A stretch of DNA of 60,541 nucleotides, taken from NCBI RefSeq assembly GCF_001194135.2, contig NC_069009.1, forward strand, positions 8,853,878 through 8,914,418, given 5' to 3'. Each line of letters starts with the position of its first letter. Position 1 is the first letter of the stretch. Positions 34,001-47,278 of this stretch are shown one piece after another. The position numbers were made by a program, and so were the translations under genes. The notes beneath the pieces were generated by a model, which saw nothing but the letters and a program-made list of their open reading frames with translations, was not told the origin of the DNA and did not search any database. This DNA comes from Octopus bimaculoides (Eukaryota).

Positions 34001-34449
34001 GAGTTGCCCTACTGTGATACGGTGTTGGACTGATGTGTTGCAGAGCTGCTGCTGCTGTTGTTGTTGGTGGTGATGGTGATGATGATGATGATGGTGTTGG
34101 TGCCAGTGTTGGCGGTGATAGTCGTCGTCGGCGACGACGACGTGGAGTTGTATGTTTGTTTATGTGAAGAGCAGACCACTTTAATTATTGATATCGTTTC
34201 GAAATGATGGTGTTTTTGTTTGTCATAAAGAGTGGCGGTGGCGGTGGTGGTATATGTGGAGGTATGTGTGTTGGTGCATTGTGAAGGGTGGGGGTAGTAA
34301 CAGCAGCGGCGTGTTGTTGTTGTTACTGTTGCTGATTAGCCTGGTCGAAGAGAGCTTTTAATCAAAGTACTTTTCAAAGAACGTTTGACAGGAATTATAT
34401 AACGATGGTGGTGGTGGTGGCTGTTGTTATGGTGATGGCGGTGGAGTAT

Positions 34450-34820
34450 CTTCCATTTTATTTTTTACTTGTTTCAGGCAAAGAATTACGGCCAAACTGA
34501 AGGGATTGTTTTTTGCCAAATATTCTATTAGTCTCTATTTGCCAAACTGCTAGTTGGGGGCATAAACGAACCAACACTGGTTGTCAAGCGGCGGTGGAAG
34601 ACAATCACAAATACATGCGTATGCGCACACACACAAACACACGAACACACACACACACACACACAACATATATATATAGATGGGGTTCTTTCAGTTTCCA
34701 TCTCACGAGGCTGTGGTCAGCCCAGGGCTATAGCAGAAGACACTTCACTCAGTGGGATTGAACCCGGAACTATGTGGCTGGAAAGCAAACTTCTTACCAC
34801 ACAGTTATGCCTGCATCTAT
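34450..34820 (-). mobile_element. SINE family A
   Basis: Reverse complement of both halves. Confidence 0.75.
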
Positions 34821-35997
34821 ACAAAGTATCTTTCAACGCGGCAAGGACCTCGTTCCCTTATGTAAATGAGAGTCTTATCTATATAAGACTCACATTTGCT
34901 GCAATTCCAGCAAATTGCCAGAGTGGGAGGACGTAGTCCCTGCACCTTCCTCTCATAGGCCTAAAATTGGAAGAATGGGTCTTTCTCTTGCAAGACATTA
35001 GGGAGATTTAGCTGTTATTTCCTGCGGGTTTAGCGACCACGTAGAGACTCACTTTAGTGGTGGAACGTATGTGTTGTGACTGTGGTTATGTGGGGGAGGC
35101 AAGGGTGGTGGTGGTGGTGGTGGTGGTGGTTGCAAGGGGTGACGTCATGTTTTGTGTTGTTGACATTGGTACACACCATAGTGGCATTGATGAAGTGGTC
35201 ATGTAGTAGTGGTAGTAGTGGTAGTAGTAGTAGTTGTGGTGATGGTGGCAGTGGTGGTGGTGGAGGGACGGCAGCGTCTGTGGTATTAGTGGTGTGGTGG
35301 TGGTGATGGCAGTACTGGTGGCGGTGGTCGTGATAGTAATATTAGTGGTGGCGGTTGTGATGGTGATAATAGTAGTAGTGGTGGTGGTGGTGGTGGTGGT
35401 AATGATGCTTAGGGTTACTGTGAATGTGTTGTGATTGAGCAGTGTTTGTATTGCTCGTAACTATACACACACTCATGGCCACACAATATATATATAGAGA
35501 GAGAGAGAGAAGTGCAGGTGGGGGGGTGGAGGTGCAGTGTGGTGAATTTTGTGGTGTTGTGGTTTATTCCAGAAAGCAGAAATATTAACAGCAACAAGCC
35601 GCAATTAACCAGAAAAACAAGGTATATATAATTATACACATCTATATAAAAGGTTAAAAAATATATATATACATACATACATGTATGTATGTATCTATGT
35701 AATATGTTTGTATGTATGTATGTATGTATGTATGTATATATGTAATTGTATGTCTGTATATTTTATTCATACATACACACACATGTACACATTTTTTATT
35801 GTTTACTTGATTGAGTTATTACATTGTGGCCATGCTGCAGCAGCTCTTTCAGGGGGTTTTAGGTTAAATGAATTATCCCTGATATTTAATTTTTTTAAGC
35901 CTGGTACTTATTTTATCAGCCTCTTTTGCCAAGCCACTAAGTTATGGGCTCATAAGCTGTCAAGTGGTGGTGGTGATGGTGGTGAGGCATACATACA

Positions 35998-36080
<83 letters not shown>

Positions 36081-36767
36081 CTACAGATGAGATCCAGAGA
36101 TATAAGTATGTTTTATATATATATATAGAGAGAGAGATAGAGAGAATATGAGGGGTTTAGTTCACATGTGATCTAAATGAATAGGTACACTGGGTAGGTG
36201 CTATAGTTGGTCGACTGTTAGGTTCCAAGATCACAGCTAAGGCTGGATCTAGGGATCCATGTTAGGGTTCCGTTATAGCAGGTATATATTACATTAAAGG
36301 AAAAATCAAAACCTAGTCAGAATGAATATCTCAATTCATTTAGAATAATTTAATTAGGATAAGGTGAATTTGAAGTCTTGCAGCCGTTTCTGAGATAACC
36401 CAAGAGATAGTTTAGCATGTCTCTGCACTGACTATTCTGTTGTCATCAGAGACAAGGTACGAATATTTTAGACGGAAAATTTACAGTTTACAAGGAATAA
36501 AATTCACAGTTTATAAGGAATAAAATAGAAGAATAAAGGATTAAATTGAAGAATAAAGAGTAAAAGTAGTTAGAAGAATATTGGGAGGAGAATGATGTTC
36601 ACAATTCTTAATCCTTTATCTTAAATCATTTAAATATCTGCACTAAACTATTGTCCTTATAACCTTAGCTAGATTGGCCTTCCACTCCCATTCTACTGAA
36701 ACTTTTACATTTGACCTCTAACCCCCATACAATACTGACATATCTATATCATTACCTTTACTGTTAT

Positions 36768-37400
36768 TTATTACCTCTGCCCTAGTGAACGGAGGTATTG
36801 TTTTCAGTCGTGTTTTTTGTTTGTTTGTTTGTTTGTCCATGGACAAGATATCTCAAGAACCACTGGATGAGTTCAGATGAAACTTTCAGGGATGTTTGTC
36901 CTTGTGACTGGCATGAACTGATTAGATTTTGGGATTGATCTGGTACCAGACAAGGATTCTGGATTATTAGTTATATTTACTTTACATGATTATGATCTTA
37001 TGTTAACTTTCAAGTCTTTCTCAATTATCTCCCTTTAGGCTGTAACTATTTTGAATGGTGAATATGTTAACTTTGACTTGTATTAGATACAGATAAACTA
37101 TTTATTACTGTTGGTGAATTTGCTAACTTTGGCTTGTATTAGATAAGGATAAACTATTTATTACTGTTGGTGAATTTGTTAACTTTGGTTTGTACTTGAT
37201 AAGGATAAACTATTTATTACTGTTACTAAATATTCTGCAGCCGCCTTCACATTCCATGACTACCATTGAGATCAATCAGGTACCAGACAAGGCTTCTGGA
37301 TTATTTTTCCGTTTTTTTTATTTAATTTTTGAGAGTGGTCGGGTTCATTTTTAGTATTCTTGTTTGCGAGACCACTCAAATTGAATAAGGATGTGTATAA
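36768..37400 (+). mobile_element. Helentron-associated (HINE/DINE-1-like) non-autonomous element remnant
   Basis: Starts TTATTACCTCTGCC..CGGAGGTA (short subterminal inverted repeat), then (GTTT)n, then ..GATGAAACTTTCAGGG.., the typical HINE architecture; interrupted internally. Confidence 0.6.
37057..37224. repeat. 56-bp minisatellite, 3 copies
   Basis: Unit GGTGAATTTG(C/T)TAACTTTGG..GATAAACTATTTATTACTGTT starts at 37057, 37113 and 37169. Confidence 0.9.
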
Positions 37401-37599
37401 GGAAGATTAAAAAGGATTTCTAGCTGGCTTTCATTGCATGGCAAATTTTCAAGAAGAGGGAAAATGAAAATAATGTTTTTTACAAAAAAATAATAAATAT
37501 ATAAAAAAATAAATATACCAATACATTATATTGTCTTTGAGCTTTTAAAGTTCAATGGTAATCCATGTAGATAATTGTTAGAAAGAGGTAAAGTTTAGT

Positions 37600-38000
37600 G
37601 TCCAATGAAGGAGACGTTGGCAGGGGGGGGGCAGTTGTCAAATTTAGTTCGATTTCGATTTCACTTGCCTCAACAAGTCTTTGCAAGTGGAGTTTAATGT
37701 CCAATGAAGGAAAGGTACGCTTAAGTGGGCTGGCAACACCCCTGGCAGAGGTCTCGGATTATGGTCTCACTTGGCTTGCCGGGTTTTCTCACGCACAGCA
37801 TATTTCCAAAGCTCTCAGTCAGAAGTCATTGCCTCGGTGAGGCCTAATGTTCGGAGGTCGTGCTTCACCACCTCATCCCAGGTCTTCTTGGGTCTACCTC
37901 TTCCACAGGTTCCCTCAACCGCTAGGGTGTGGCACTTTTTCACACAGCTATCCTCATCCATTCTCGCCACATGACCATACCAATGCAATCGTCTCTCTTT
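37600..38000 (-). mobile_element. RTE LINE 3' fragment
   Basis: ORF 37815-38006 reads RRLHWYGHVARMDEDSCVKKC..GRGRPKKTWDEVV. Confidence 0.85.
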
Positions 38001-38864
38001 ATTCACATATTAACTAAGCAAATATTGGTATCTCGAGTATTTCAAACTTAGCATATGTAAAACAATACTGATACATTATTCTGATTAATGAAAACTATGA
38101 ATAACCATTTACTGTATCTGTATACAATATAGCAACTTTATTTTATATACGTTTAGACCTAGGTGCCTTATGACAAGACTTCCCCTGTTCCATTATAAAC
38201 TGGTCTGCTAGTAGAGAACCCCCCCCCCTATAGTAGTTTGTCACCAAACCCTAAGAAATTTTATAACTATATCATCCATGTTTACTGTCTATACTGTTTA
38301 GCCCTTACCCTACAAAGAAAATGCCAGTGTCCTCTTAAACTTTGAATCACTAGGTCTGATAAAATAGTTCCATAAATCAGAAACAAAAAAACAAATAAAA
38401 TCAGTGACAGTTAAAAATCTGCGTAGAATTATTTACTAGCTTGTATGGTCTGGCTAAGTCAAAATAGTTTTTTGCATTCTTCCTTTCTACTTGGAGAGTT
38501 TAAATGTAGTTACAAAAATATGTCCTTCTGTTGAAATGTAATTTCATTAAATTTCTATATCTTTGTGCATCTGACTGTAGCCATACTGGAGCACTTCGTT
38601 AAAGAATTCTTAAACGAATGAATTGACCTGAGTACTTTTCTTTTTTTCTTTTCTTTCTTTTAGCCTAGTCCTTATTCTATTTATCTCTTATGCCAAACTG
38701 CTAAGTTATGAGTATGCAAACACATCAATACTTGTCAAGTAGTGGAATGGGGAACAAATACACACACAAACACATATCTATATATGTGGTTATCTTTCGT
38801 TATGACTCAAGATCACCTCCATATATATTGAAACAATTAAAAGATAAAAGGTAAAAGATATATG

Positions 38865-38899
<35 letters not shown>

Positions 38900-40149
38900 T
38901 TGCTTAAAAGAGTTCCAACACTGTCTGTTTTTTTATGTTTTATTTATATTCCTGCAGAACCAATGTGGGGTATAGAATATGGAATATACAATATATAATA
39001 TAATATACAATATATAATATAAAATAAAATAAAATAAAAATGGATGGCACCATGAAAGAAAGTATTGAATGTAGATGAAATATTGAGTGTTCAATATAAA
39101 GGATCAAATATATAAATATAAATATNNNNNNNNNNNNNNNNNNNNNNNNNNNNNNNNNNNNNNNNNNNNNNNNNNNNNNNNNNNNNNNNNNNNNNNNNNN
39201 NNNNNNNNNNNNNNNNNNNNNNNNNNNNNNNNNNNNNNNNNNNNNNNNNNNNNNNNNNNNNNNNNNNNNNNNNNNNNNNNNNNNNNNNNNNNNNNNNNNN
39301 NNNNNNNNNNNNNNNNNNNNNNNNNNNNNNNNNNNNNNNNNNNNNNNNNNNNNNNNNNNNNNNNNNNNNNNNNNNNNNNNNNNNNNNNNNNNNNNNNNNN
39401 NNNNNNNNNNNNNNNNNNNNNNNNNNNNNNNNNNNNNNNNNNNNNNNNNNNNNNNNNNNNNNNNNNNNNNNNNNNNNNNNNNNNNNNNNNNNNNNNNNNN
39501 NNNNNNNNNNNNNNNNNNNNNNNNNNNNNNNNNNNNNNNNNNNNNNNNNNNNNNNNNNNNNNNNNNNNNNNNNNNNNNNNNNNNNNNNNNNNNNNNNNNN
39601 NNNNNNNNNNNNNNNNNNNNNNNNNNNNNNNNNNNNNNNNNNNNNNNNNNNNNNNNNNNNNNNNNNNNNNNNNNNNNNNNNNNNNNNNNNNNNNNNNNNN
39701 NNNNNNNNNNNNNNNNNNNNNNNNNNNNNNNNNNNNNNNNNNNNNNNNNNNNNNNNNNNNNNNNNNNNNNNNNNNNNNNNNNNNNNNNNNNNNNNNNNNN
39801 NNNNNNNNNNNNNNNNNNNNNNNNNNNNNNNNNNNGTGTTTGTGTGTGTATTTGTTCCCCATTCCACTACTTGACAAGTATTGGTGTGTTTGCATACTCG
39901 TAACTTAGCAGTTTGGCATGAGAGATAAATAGAATAAGGATTAGGCTGAAAGAAAGAAAAGAGAAAAAGAAAAGTACTCAGGTCAATTCATTCGTTTAAG
40001 AATTCTTTAACGAAGTGCTCCAGTATGGCTACAGTCTAACGATTGAAACAATTAAAAGATAAAAGGTAAAAGATATATGTACACACACACACGCGCACAC
40101 GCACACACACACACACACACATAATTATATGTATATACATACATACATC

Positions 40150-40620
40150 TTGAGGTAGTAGATAGTTTCTGCTATTTAGGTGACCAAATTAGGAGTGGTG
40201 GTGGATGCTCTGAAAGTATTGTTTCTAGAATAAGAATAGGATGGGAGAGATTCAGAGAACTTCTACCTCTCTCGGCAGCAAAAGGACAGTCTCTCGGGAA
40301 GATTGTATGATGCGTGTGTGAGAACAGCTGTGTTACATGGTAGTGAGTCAAGGGCTCTGACTGCAGAGAACATGCATAGGATGGAGAGGAATGAAGGTAG
40401 TATGCTCCGCTGGATTTGCAACATCAGTGTGCATGACTGGCAAAACACAACTGTGTTGAAAGAAAAGTTAAGCGTAAGAGGGATTAAATGTGATATGCAG
40501 GAGGGGAGAATGCATTAGTTTGGACATGTGATGCATATGAGTGGAGACAGCTGTATACTGAAATGCCTGTCACTGGAAGTGGATGGTACCTGTAGAAGAG
40601 GGCAATCTGAAGAAGGGATT
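40150..40620 (+). mobile_element. RTE LINE fragment
   Basis: LEVVDSFCYLGDQI..GGGCSES, MYDACVRTAVLHGSE..MLRWICN. Confidence 0.85.
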
Positions 40621-40724
40621 GTATTCCGAAATATCATCGGACTATAGATAACTAAATTACAACAGGTATATAGTCCATTTTTTTATATTATAGTGCATTG
40701 TTGTACCATTCGAAACTTTTTATT

Positions 40725-40762
<38 letters not shown>

Positions 40763-41166
40763 TTTCTCAGATGCAGCACAGAATTTTGTCAGTGAACAGG
40801 TCACGGTCTCAAAGCGACGAAAATATTTTGACAAATTAAATTTAAATGTTGAAGTGAATCTGACGGCTTTTGTGTGTTATTTTAAATGGCTTATAAACAC
40901 TTTCCACGCTGCAATTGTTTTCNNNNNNNNNNNNNNNNNNNNNNNNNNNNNNNNNNNNNNNNNNNNNNNNNNNNNNNNNNNNNNNNNNNNNNNNNNNNNN
41001 NNNNNNNNNNNNNNNNNNNNNNNNNNNNNNNNNNNNNNNNNNNNNNNNNNNNNNNNNNNNNNNNNNNNNNNNNNNNNNNNNNNNNNNNNNNNNNNNNNNN
41101 NNNNNNNNNNNNNNNNNNNNNNNNNNNNNNNNNNNNNNNNNNNNNNNNNNNNNNNNNNNNNNNNNN

Positions 41167-41207
<41 letters not shown>

Positions 41208-42429
41208 CTAAAACAAATAAAAGAATATGTGAGGCTGGGGGGATATATCACCCGGGTGGATACTGTAGTGGCTCTCAGTCATGTTCCAGTTTACGGCTAA
41301 CCACATCTATGACTACTATTAGTTGTCAGTCACTCTGTAAATTCCTCTAATGGTAATTCCATGTTTGCTTCATTGGACAGTAATATTGTCTGGAATATAT
41401 ATTAGCAATAATTGTAAAGATACAGAATTTGGAGACTTTTTCATCCTCAAAATTTATTTTCTCTTATTTTATAATTTTACACAGTGTATTATTATGGTCT
41501 GTCTGCCTGTCTGTATGTGTGTGTGTGTGTTTATGTTTTCCCCCCACCACTACTTGACAACCTGCGTTAATTTATTTATATCCCTATAATAGAGCAGTTT
41601 GGTTAAAGAAAAAAATAGAATAAGTGACCAGGCTTTAAAGAAAGACAAAAAACACTAAAAAAACAAGTACTGAATTTGATTTGTTCAACTAAAACTCTTC
41701 AAGGTGGTGCTCCAGCATGACCACAGTCCAATAACTGAAACAAATAAAAGATAAAAGATAAAAGATAAAGATCTATAATCAGTGGTTTATGGTTTTCTAA
41801 CCTGGACACCTACACATGAGGAAAACTCTAAATGGTGTGTACACAAGGAAGCTCTGTTCTAAACACTTCAAGATATTGACAAATAGCTTTGCTAAGCCTT
41901 CTTCTCAGATATCACAGAATTATTAATCAGAGAACCATGATTAACAAAGAGCTGTAGAAAGACATGAAATATCAAAGAGACAATTGACAGAGCTATGACA
42001 GAGCTGTTACTAGACATCTCATGTGGCTGTGTGGTAAGAAGTTTGTTTTGTAATCTCATAGTTCCAGGTTCAGTCCTATTGCATGATACCTTAGACAAGT
42101 ACCTTCTACTAAAGCCTTGGGCCAACTGAAACATTGTTAGTGGATTTGGAAGATGGCATCTGAAAAAAGCCCATTGTGGATATATATGGCAGGTTTATTT
42201 CAGTTTCCATCTGTAAATCCACTAATAAGGCTTTGGTCTTCCTGAGGCTGTGTGTGTGTGTGTGTGTGTGTGTTCATGTCTGTGTTTGTCCCTCACCCCC
42301 ACTTGACAAACAGCATTAGTGTGTTTACATCCCTTTTGGCAAAAGAAATCAATAGAATAAGTACTAGGCTTAAAAAAGATGTCCCAAAATAGTCACAGTC
42401 AAATGACTGAAACAAGTAAAAGATAAAAG

Positions 42430-43110
42430 AAGTGAGAGTCACCAACGATTTCAGTGATAAATTCAGTGTGAAGGCATGTGTCCACCAGGGTCCAGTCCTC
42501 AGTCCTACAAGCCATTGCAGAGGAGTTTAAGACTGTCTGTCCATGGGAACTCTGATATGCTGAAGATCTACTTCTCATAGCTGAATCTGTAGGGGAATTA
42601 GAGGGGAATTCCAGGCTTGGAAGCTAAACCCAGAATCAAGAGGATTTAAGGTAAACCTAACAAATATGAAAGCGTTTGTAAGTAAGGAAGAAAACAGGAT
42701 GCTGGTACCCTCAGCTTTTCTCAGTATGTAGAAAAGGGATGGGTATAAACTTCTTATGCTGCACTCAATGTTAGTTAAGAACACACAAGAGATATTACAG
42801 AATCCCAGGCAGGCTACCAGAGGACATAAGCTTCATACGTGATATATTCACTGGAGTAGTATTTTCTATCAACACACCAGAAATAGAATCCCTTGAATGT
42901 CTGAATGACTCACTAAAAGTAGTTGATAGCTTTTTTTACTGAGATGATGTCCTCGACAAGGGAGACAGTTACTCTGAAAGTATAGTAGTCAGAGTAAAAA
43001 CAGGTTGGAGAAAGTTCAGGGAACTACTGTCACTGCTGGCAAGGAAGGGGTTTTTTTCCCTCAGAGAGAAGGACTGATTGTCTGATGTCTGTGTTAGAAC
43101 TGGCATGTTC
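42430..43110 (+). mobile_element. Degenerate RTE LINE RT fragment
   Basis: VHQGPVL, CPWEL.YAEDLL and LKVVDSF remnants. Confidence 0.7.
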
Positions 43111-43194
43111 CAACAGATGTTATGTCAGTGTGAATGAAAGCCAAAGAAGTGAGCTAAATGAGCATTACAATTCTCAAAATACCTTTCCTTTCCT

Positions 43195-43745
43195 TTAATC
43201 TTTCTTTTACTTGTTTCAGCCACTGGACTGCGGCCATGCTGAGGCACCACACTGAAGGGTTTAGTTGAACAGATTTACCCTTGTACTTATTGGTAATTAT
43301 TTCATTTGTCTCTTTGGCCAAACTGCTTATGACAAGGATGTAAACAAACCAACACCAGTTGTTATGCAGTGAGCATAAACAACGAACACACATATGCACA
43401 TGCAAACATACGCAGGGGCACTGAAAAGTTCCTAGCTTTGGGTAAAAGAAAACACAGGAAGATCAGTTAATTATGATTTTTGCTGCAACCCTTCAGTTTT
43501 TCTAAGCCCTGTAAAAGAATTTGGAAGGTTGGGCCTCCAACCAGGCCTTTTGCAACACCCTAAAAGACAGAAACTTTTCAGCCCCCGCTTCATATACATG
43601 GCAGGCTCCCACACAGATTCCATCAACCAGATTTTACTCATGAATCATTGGTCAACCCACAGCTATAGTAGAAGACACTTACTGAAAGTTCCATGCAGTG
43701 GGACTGAATCCAAAAATATGTGATTGCAAAGCACACAGCCATGTC
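43195..43745 (-). mobile_element. SINE family A split by a mariner MITE
   Basis: Tail half at 43195-43400 and head half at 43600-43745 in the same orientation. Confidence 0.65.
43408..43594. mobile_element. Short mariner-derived MITE
   Basis: Ends TACGCAGGGGCACTGAAAAGTT and AAACTTTTCAGCCCCCGCTTCATA form imperfect mariner-type TIRs with TA flanks. Confidence 0.55.
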
Positions 43746-43769
43746 TTCCCTATTGACCAATCTTACTTC

Positions 43770-43991
43770 AACTCTAGCATTTAAACCAGCCATATCTGAC
43801 CCAAATATTCTACCTGTTTTATGCTCAGACCAGCCAGATCTGGCCTCTCACATCTACTTGACAATCTACATTCTAAAAACATAATACAATTGTATTATCA
43901 AAATGTCAAAGCTATGACATAATGTATGATTAATTGAAAACAATGTGAATAAATAAGCATTACATTTGACAATAATTTGAATGCTAGAGGG
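43770..43991. mobile_element. piggyBac-like MITE (degenerate)
   Basis: Terminal inverted CTCTAGCATT / AATGCTAGAG(GG) with degenerate TTAA-like flanks (TCAA, TTAG). Confidence 0.5.
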
Positions 43992-44421
43992 TTAGAGTCC
44001 AGCTATTGGTCTCCTTACAACACCTTACGTTCCCTGGCTATGTCACCTTCTCCTGCTGCCATTACCACACCACACTTTCTGCTGTTACTCCTACTATTTT
44101 CTTTCTTTCATTTGGAAAAAGGGGGATTTTTTCCCAAAATATAGAATCATTAAACAACCGTCTACCTTTTACTTGTTTCAGTCATTAGACTGTGGCCATG
44201 CTGGGGAACCAACTTGAATAATTTTAGTTGAACTAATCAGCCCCAGTACTTTTCTTTTCTTTTTAAGCCTTGTACTTATTCCATCAACCTGTTTTGCTGA
44301 ACTGTTAAGCTGTGGGGATGTAAACACACCAACACTGGCTTTCAAACAATGGTGGGGCCAAATACAGACACAATGACACACACACACACAATGACACACA
44401 CACACACACATAATATATACA

Positions 44422-45102
44422 TCTATATACATAAATGTGTAATGGTGTTTGTCTGTCTGCGTGTTTGGGGTTACTTTAACTCCTCCCACACCACCCAACC
44501 AATTTTAATGATTTTTTGGCACATAGGAAGATCACATGCCCTGAAGTTCAAATAAGGCTGGAATTTTTCAAAAACTCGATAATGCTCAGTTGGCATCAAT
44601 TTTTGTGGGCTCAATCGGGTGTTTGGATGGAAATTCCCATAACGATGTTATTTTTCCTGCGCAGCTTCTGCATTTTTTGTCCAATTTTGATGAAAATCGA
44701 TGAGTGAGCGAGGCTCATGGCAGTGAGTTGATGTCAGTATATGGCATTGATAAAAAAATCGATAATTGTACCTGAGCAGTGGTTTTATAAAATCAATAGC
44801 CATTTTGTATACAGATACCCATAGGGATTTTATTTTTGGCTGTAACTTTTATATTTTTCATCCGATTTTAATGAAATTTGAGATATAGGTAAATTTTGTG
44901 GTAGGGGAGATGGTAAAGGTTTTAATTTAATTCCTCCTCCACCTGACACACATCTACTCATCCTGCAACAGCCTGCTAAATCAGATATAACATATTAATG
45001 GGTAATAGTTGACATGGGGAACGTAGAAGATTTCAATACAAGGACAGAGGTGGGTTTAATGTCAACACGGAAAACATGAGCAACGCCGGGTCCAACAGCT
45101 AG
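44422..45102 (+). mobile_element. Complete non-autonomous Helitron (Lep1-like architecture)
   Basis: A|TC 5' end at 44422, (GTCT)-like tract, CCAATTTTAATGATTTT motif, 3' GAGCAACGCCGGGTCCAACAG-CTAG|T; inserted between A and T with no TSD. Confidence 0.8.
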
Positions 45103-45966
45103 TATATNNNNNNNNNNNNNNNNNNNNNNNNNNNNNNNNNNNNNNNNNNNNNNNNNNNNNNNNNNNNNNNNNNNNNNNNNNNNNNNNNNNNNNNNNNNNN
45201 NNNNNNNNNNNNNNNNNNNNNNNNNNNNNNNNNNNNNNNNNNNNNNNNNNNNNNNNNNNNNNNNNNNNNNNNNNNNNNNNNNNNNNNNNNNNNNNNNNNN
45301 NNNNNNNNNNNNNNNNNNNNNNNNNNNNNNNNNNNNNNNNNNNNNNNNNNNNNNNNNNNNNNNNNNNNNNNNNNNNNNNNNNNNNNNNNNNNNNNNNNNN
45401 NNNNNNNNNNNNNNNNNNNNNNNNNNNNNNNNNNNNNNNNNNNNNNNNNNNNNNNNNNNNNNNNNNNNNNNNNNNNNNNNNNNNNNNNNNNNNNNNNNNN
45501 NNNNNNNNNNNNNNNNNNNNNNNNNNNNNNNNNNNNNNNNNNNNNNNNNNNNNNNNNNNNNNNNNNNNNNNNNNNNNNNNNNNNNNNNNNNNNNNNNNNN
45601 NNNNNNNNNNNNNNNNNNNNNNNNNNNNNNNNNNNNNNNNNNNNNNNNNNNNNNNNNNNNNNNNNNNNNNNNNNNNNNNNNNNNNNNNNNNNNNNNNNNN
45701 NNNNNNNNNNNNNNNNNNNNNNNNNNNNNNNNNNNNNNNNNNNNNNNNNNNNNNNNNNNNNNNNNNNNNNNNNNNNNNNNNNNNNNNNNNNNNNNNNNNN
45801 NNNNNNNNNNNNNNNNNNNNNNNNNNNNNNNNNNNNNNNNNNNNNNNNNNNNNNNNNNNNNNNNNNNNNNNNNNNNNNNNNNNNNNNNNNNNNNNNNNNN
45901 NNNNNNNNNNNNNNNNNNNNNNNNNNNNNNNNNNNNNNNNNNNNNNNNNNNNNNNNNNNNNNNNNN

Positions 45967-46006
<40 letters not shown>

Positions 46007-46553
46007 GTCCACAGATGAAATCCAGAAATTCTCCATCTGGTAGTGCTCAAAAGATTCAAACTTAGACTCCAATGTCTTTACAGGGGACCGATTCCACAAG
46101 GTAAAGAAAGGCTATAAGGGGGTAAGGGGGATCAATTTGAGTGGGTATAGAGGCAATTTGCTTTCTCTCCTTGTGCACGTAGACATATATTCATATTTTG
46201 TATTTCACATCCAAACTATTATATTTAATATATTTAATGTATCTAACTTATTTTCCCACATAATTTCCCCTCTCTCTCTCTATATATATATATATATCAC
46301 TATCATCATTTAACATCCATTGTCCATGCTGGCATGGGTTGGACGGCAAGGAATACAATGGAGTGTTAGGTAACAATCCAATTATATAACTTTACACTCA
46401 TCAGAGTTAGCTGATGTAGAAGGGAGTATGATGACAGTTCTCTATTGTCAGAGGTGAATTGACACATCCGTTTTGTGGTTGCTGTGAAAAGGTAGTGAAA
46501 CAAAAAGGGCATGTATTTGCAAGAAACAAAATTACTTTCTTGCCAACCCAATA

Positions 46554-46604
<51 letters not shown>

Positions 46605-46762
46605 CATACATATAAGAAGGGATGACCACTAAGTCAACATCCATTATGCTAGAAATAGATCACCTACGATTTGACCAATCTTTTCTTTGTGGTCAGATCG
46701 TAGGTGATCTATTTCTAGCATAATGGATGTCCATTTAGTGGTCATCCCTTCTTATATGTATG
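46605..46762. repeat. 73-bp inverted repeat (4 mismatches, 12-nt loop)
   Basis: Arms 46605-46677 and 46690-46762; related sequence in direct orientation at ~47300-47350. Confidence 0.9.
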
Positions 46763-46879
46763 CCAAATAATTTTTCTGAATTTTCAGATTTTTCAATATG
46801 CTAGGCCACTGGTTTTTTAATTGATATTAATCAAATTAATATTCAATTTTATTACCATTATTATTTAAATATATATATA

Positions 46880-46980
46880 TACCATTGGTTTCATGTTAGG
46901 GGGAGTCCCTCAACACCAGTGTTCCATGTGATAGGCTAGACAATTGTTGAGAGACTCCTCTTAACATGAAACCAATGGTA
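46880..46980. mobile_element. ~100-bp TA-flanked mini-MITE / hairpin
   Basis: 35-bp arms 46881-46915 and 46945-46979 with 3 mismatches; TA at both ends. Confidence 0.6.
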
Positions 46981-47243
46981 GTCATAACCCATAAATAAAT
47001 AATTTTTATCCACCAATGTGGTATTGAACACTGATTCTCACTGTCTGATATTAATGTGTGGCCTCATGTATGTGCTATCATGAGATTTGATGGAGAGAGA
47101 GTGAGCTAATGTACAGCACATACATTTGATCACAATGGACAAATCATTTGTGCAGGTCATTTGGCAAAAGCTCATACATTATTTTCAACAGGAGAGTCCA
47201 TTGTACACTCTCACACATACACACGTGTGTGTGTGAATGTATG

Positions 47244-47278
<35 letters not shown>

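Noticed and set aside
35050-35410. Gly/Ser/Val/Trp-rich ORFs
   Set aside because: They come from (TGG)n/(TAG)n low-complexity sequence.
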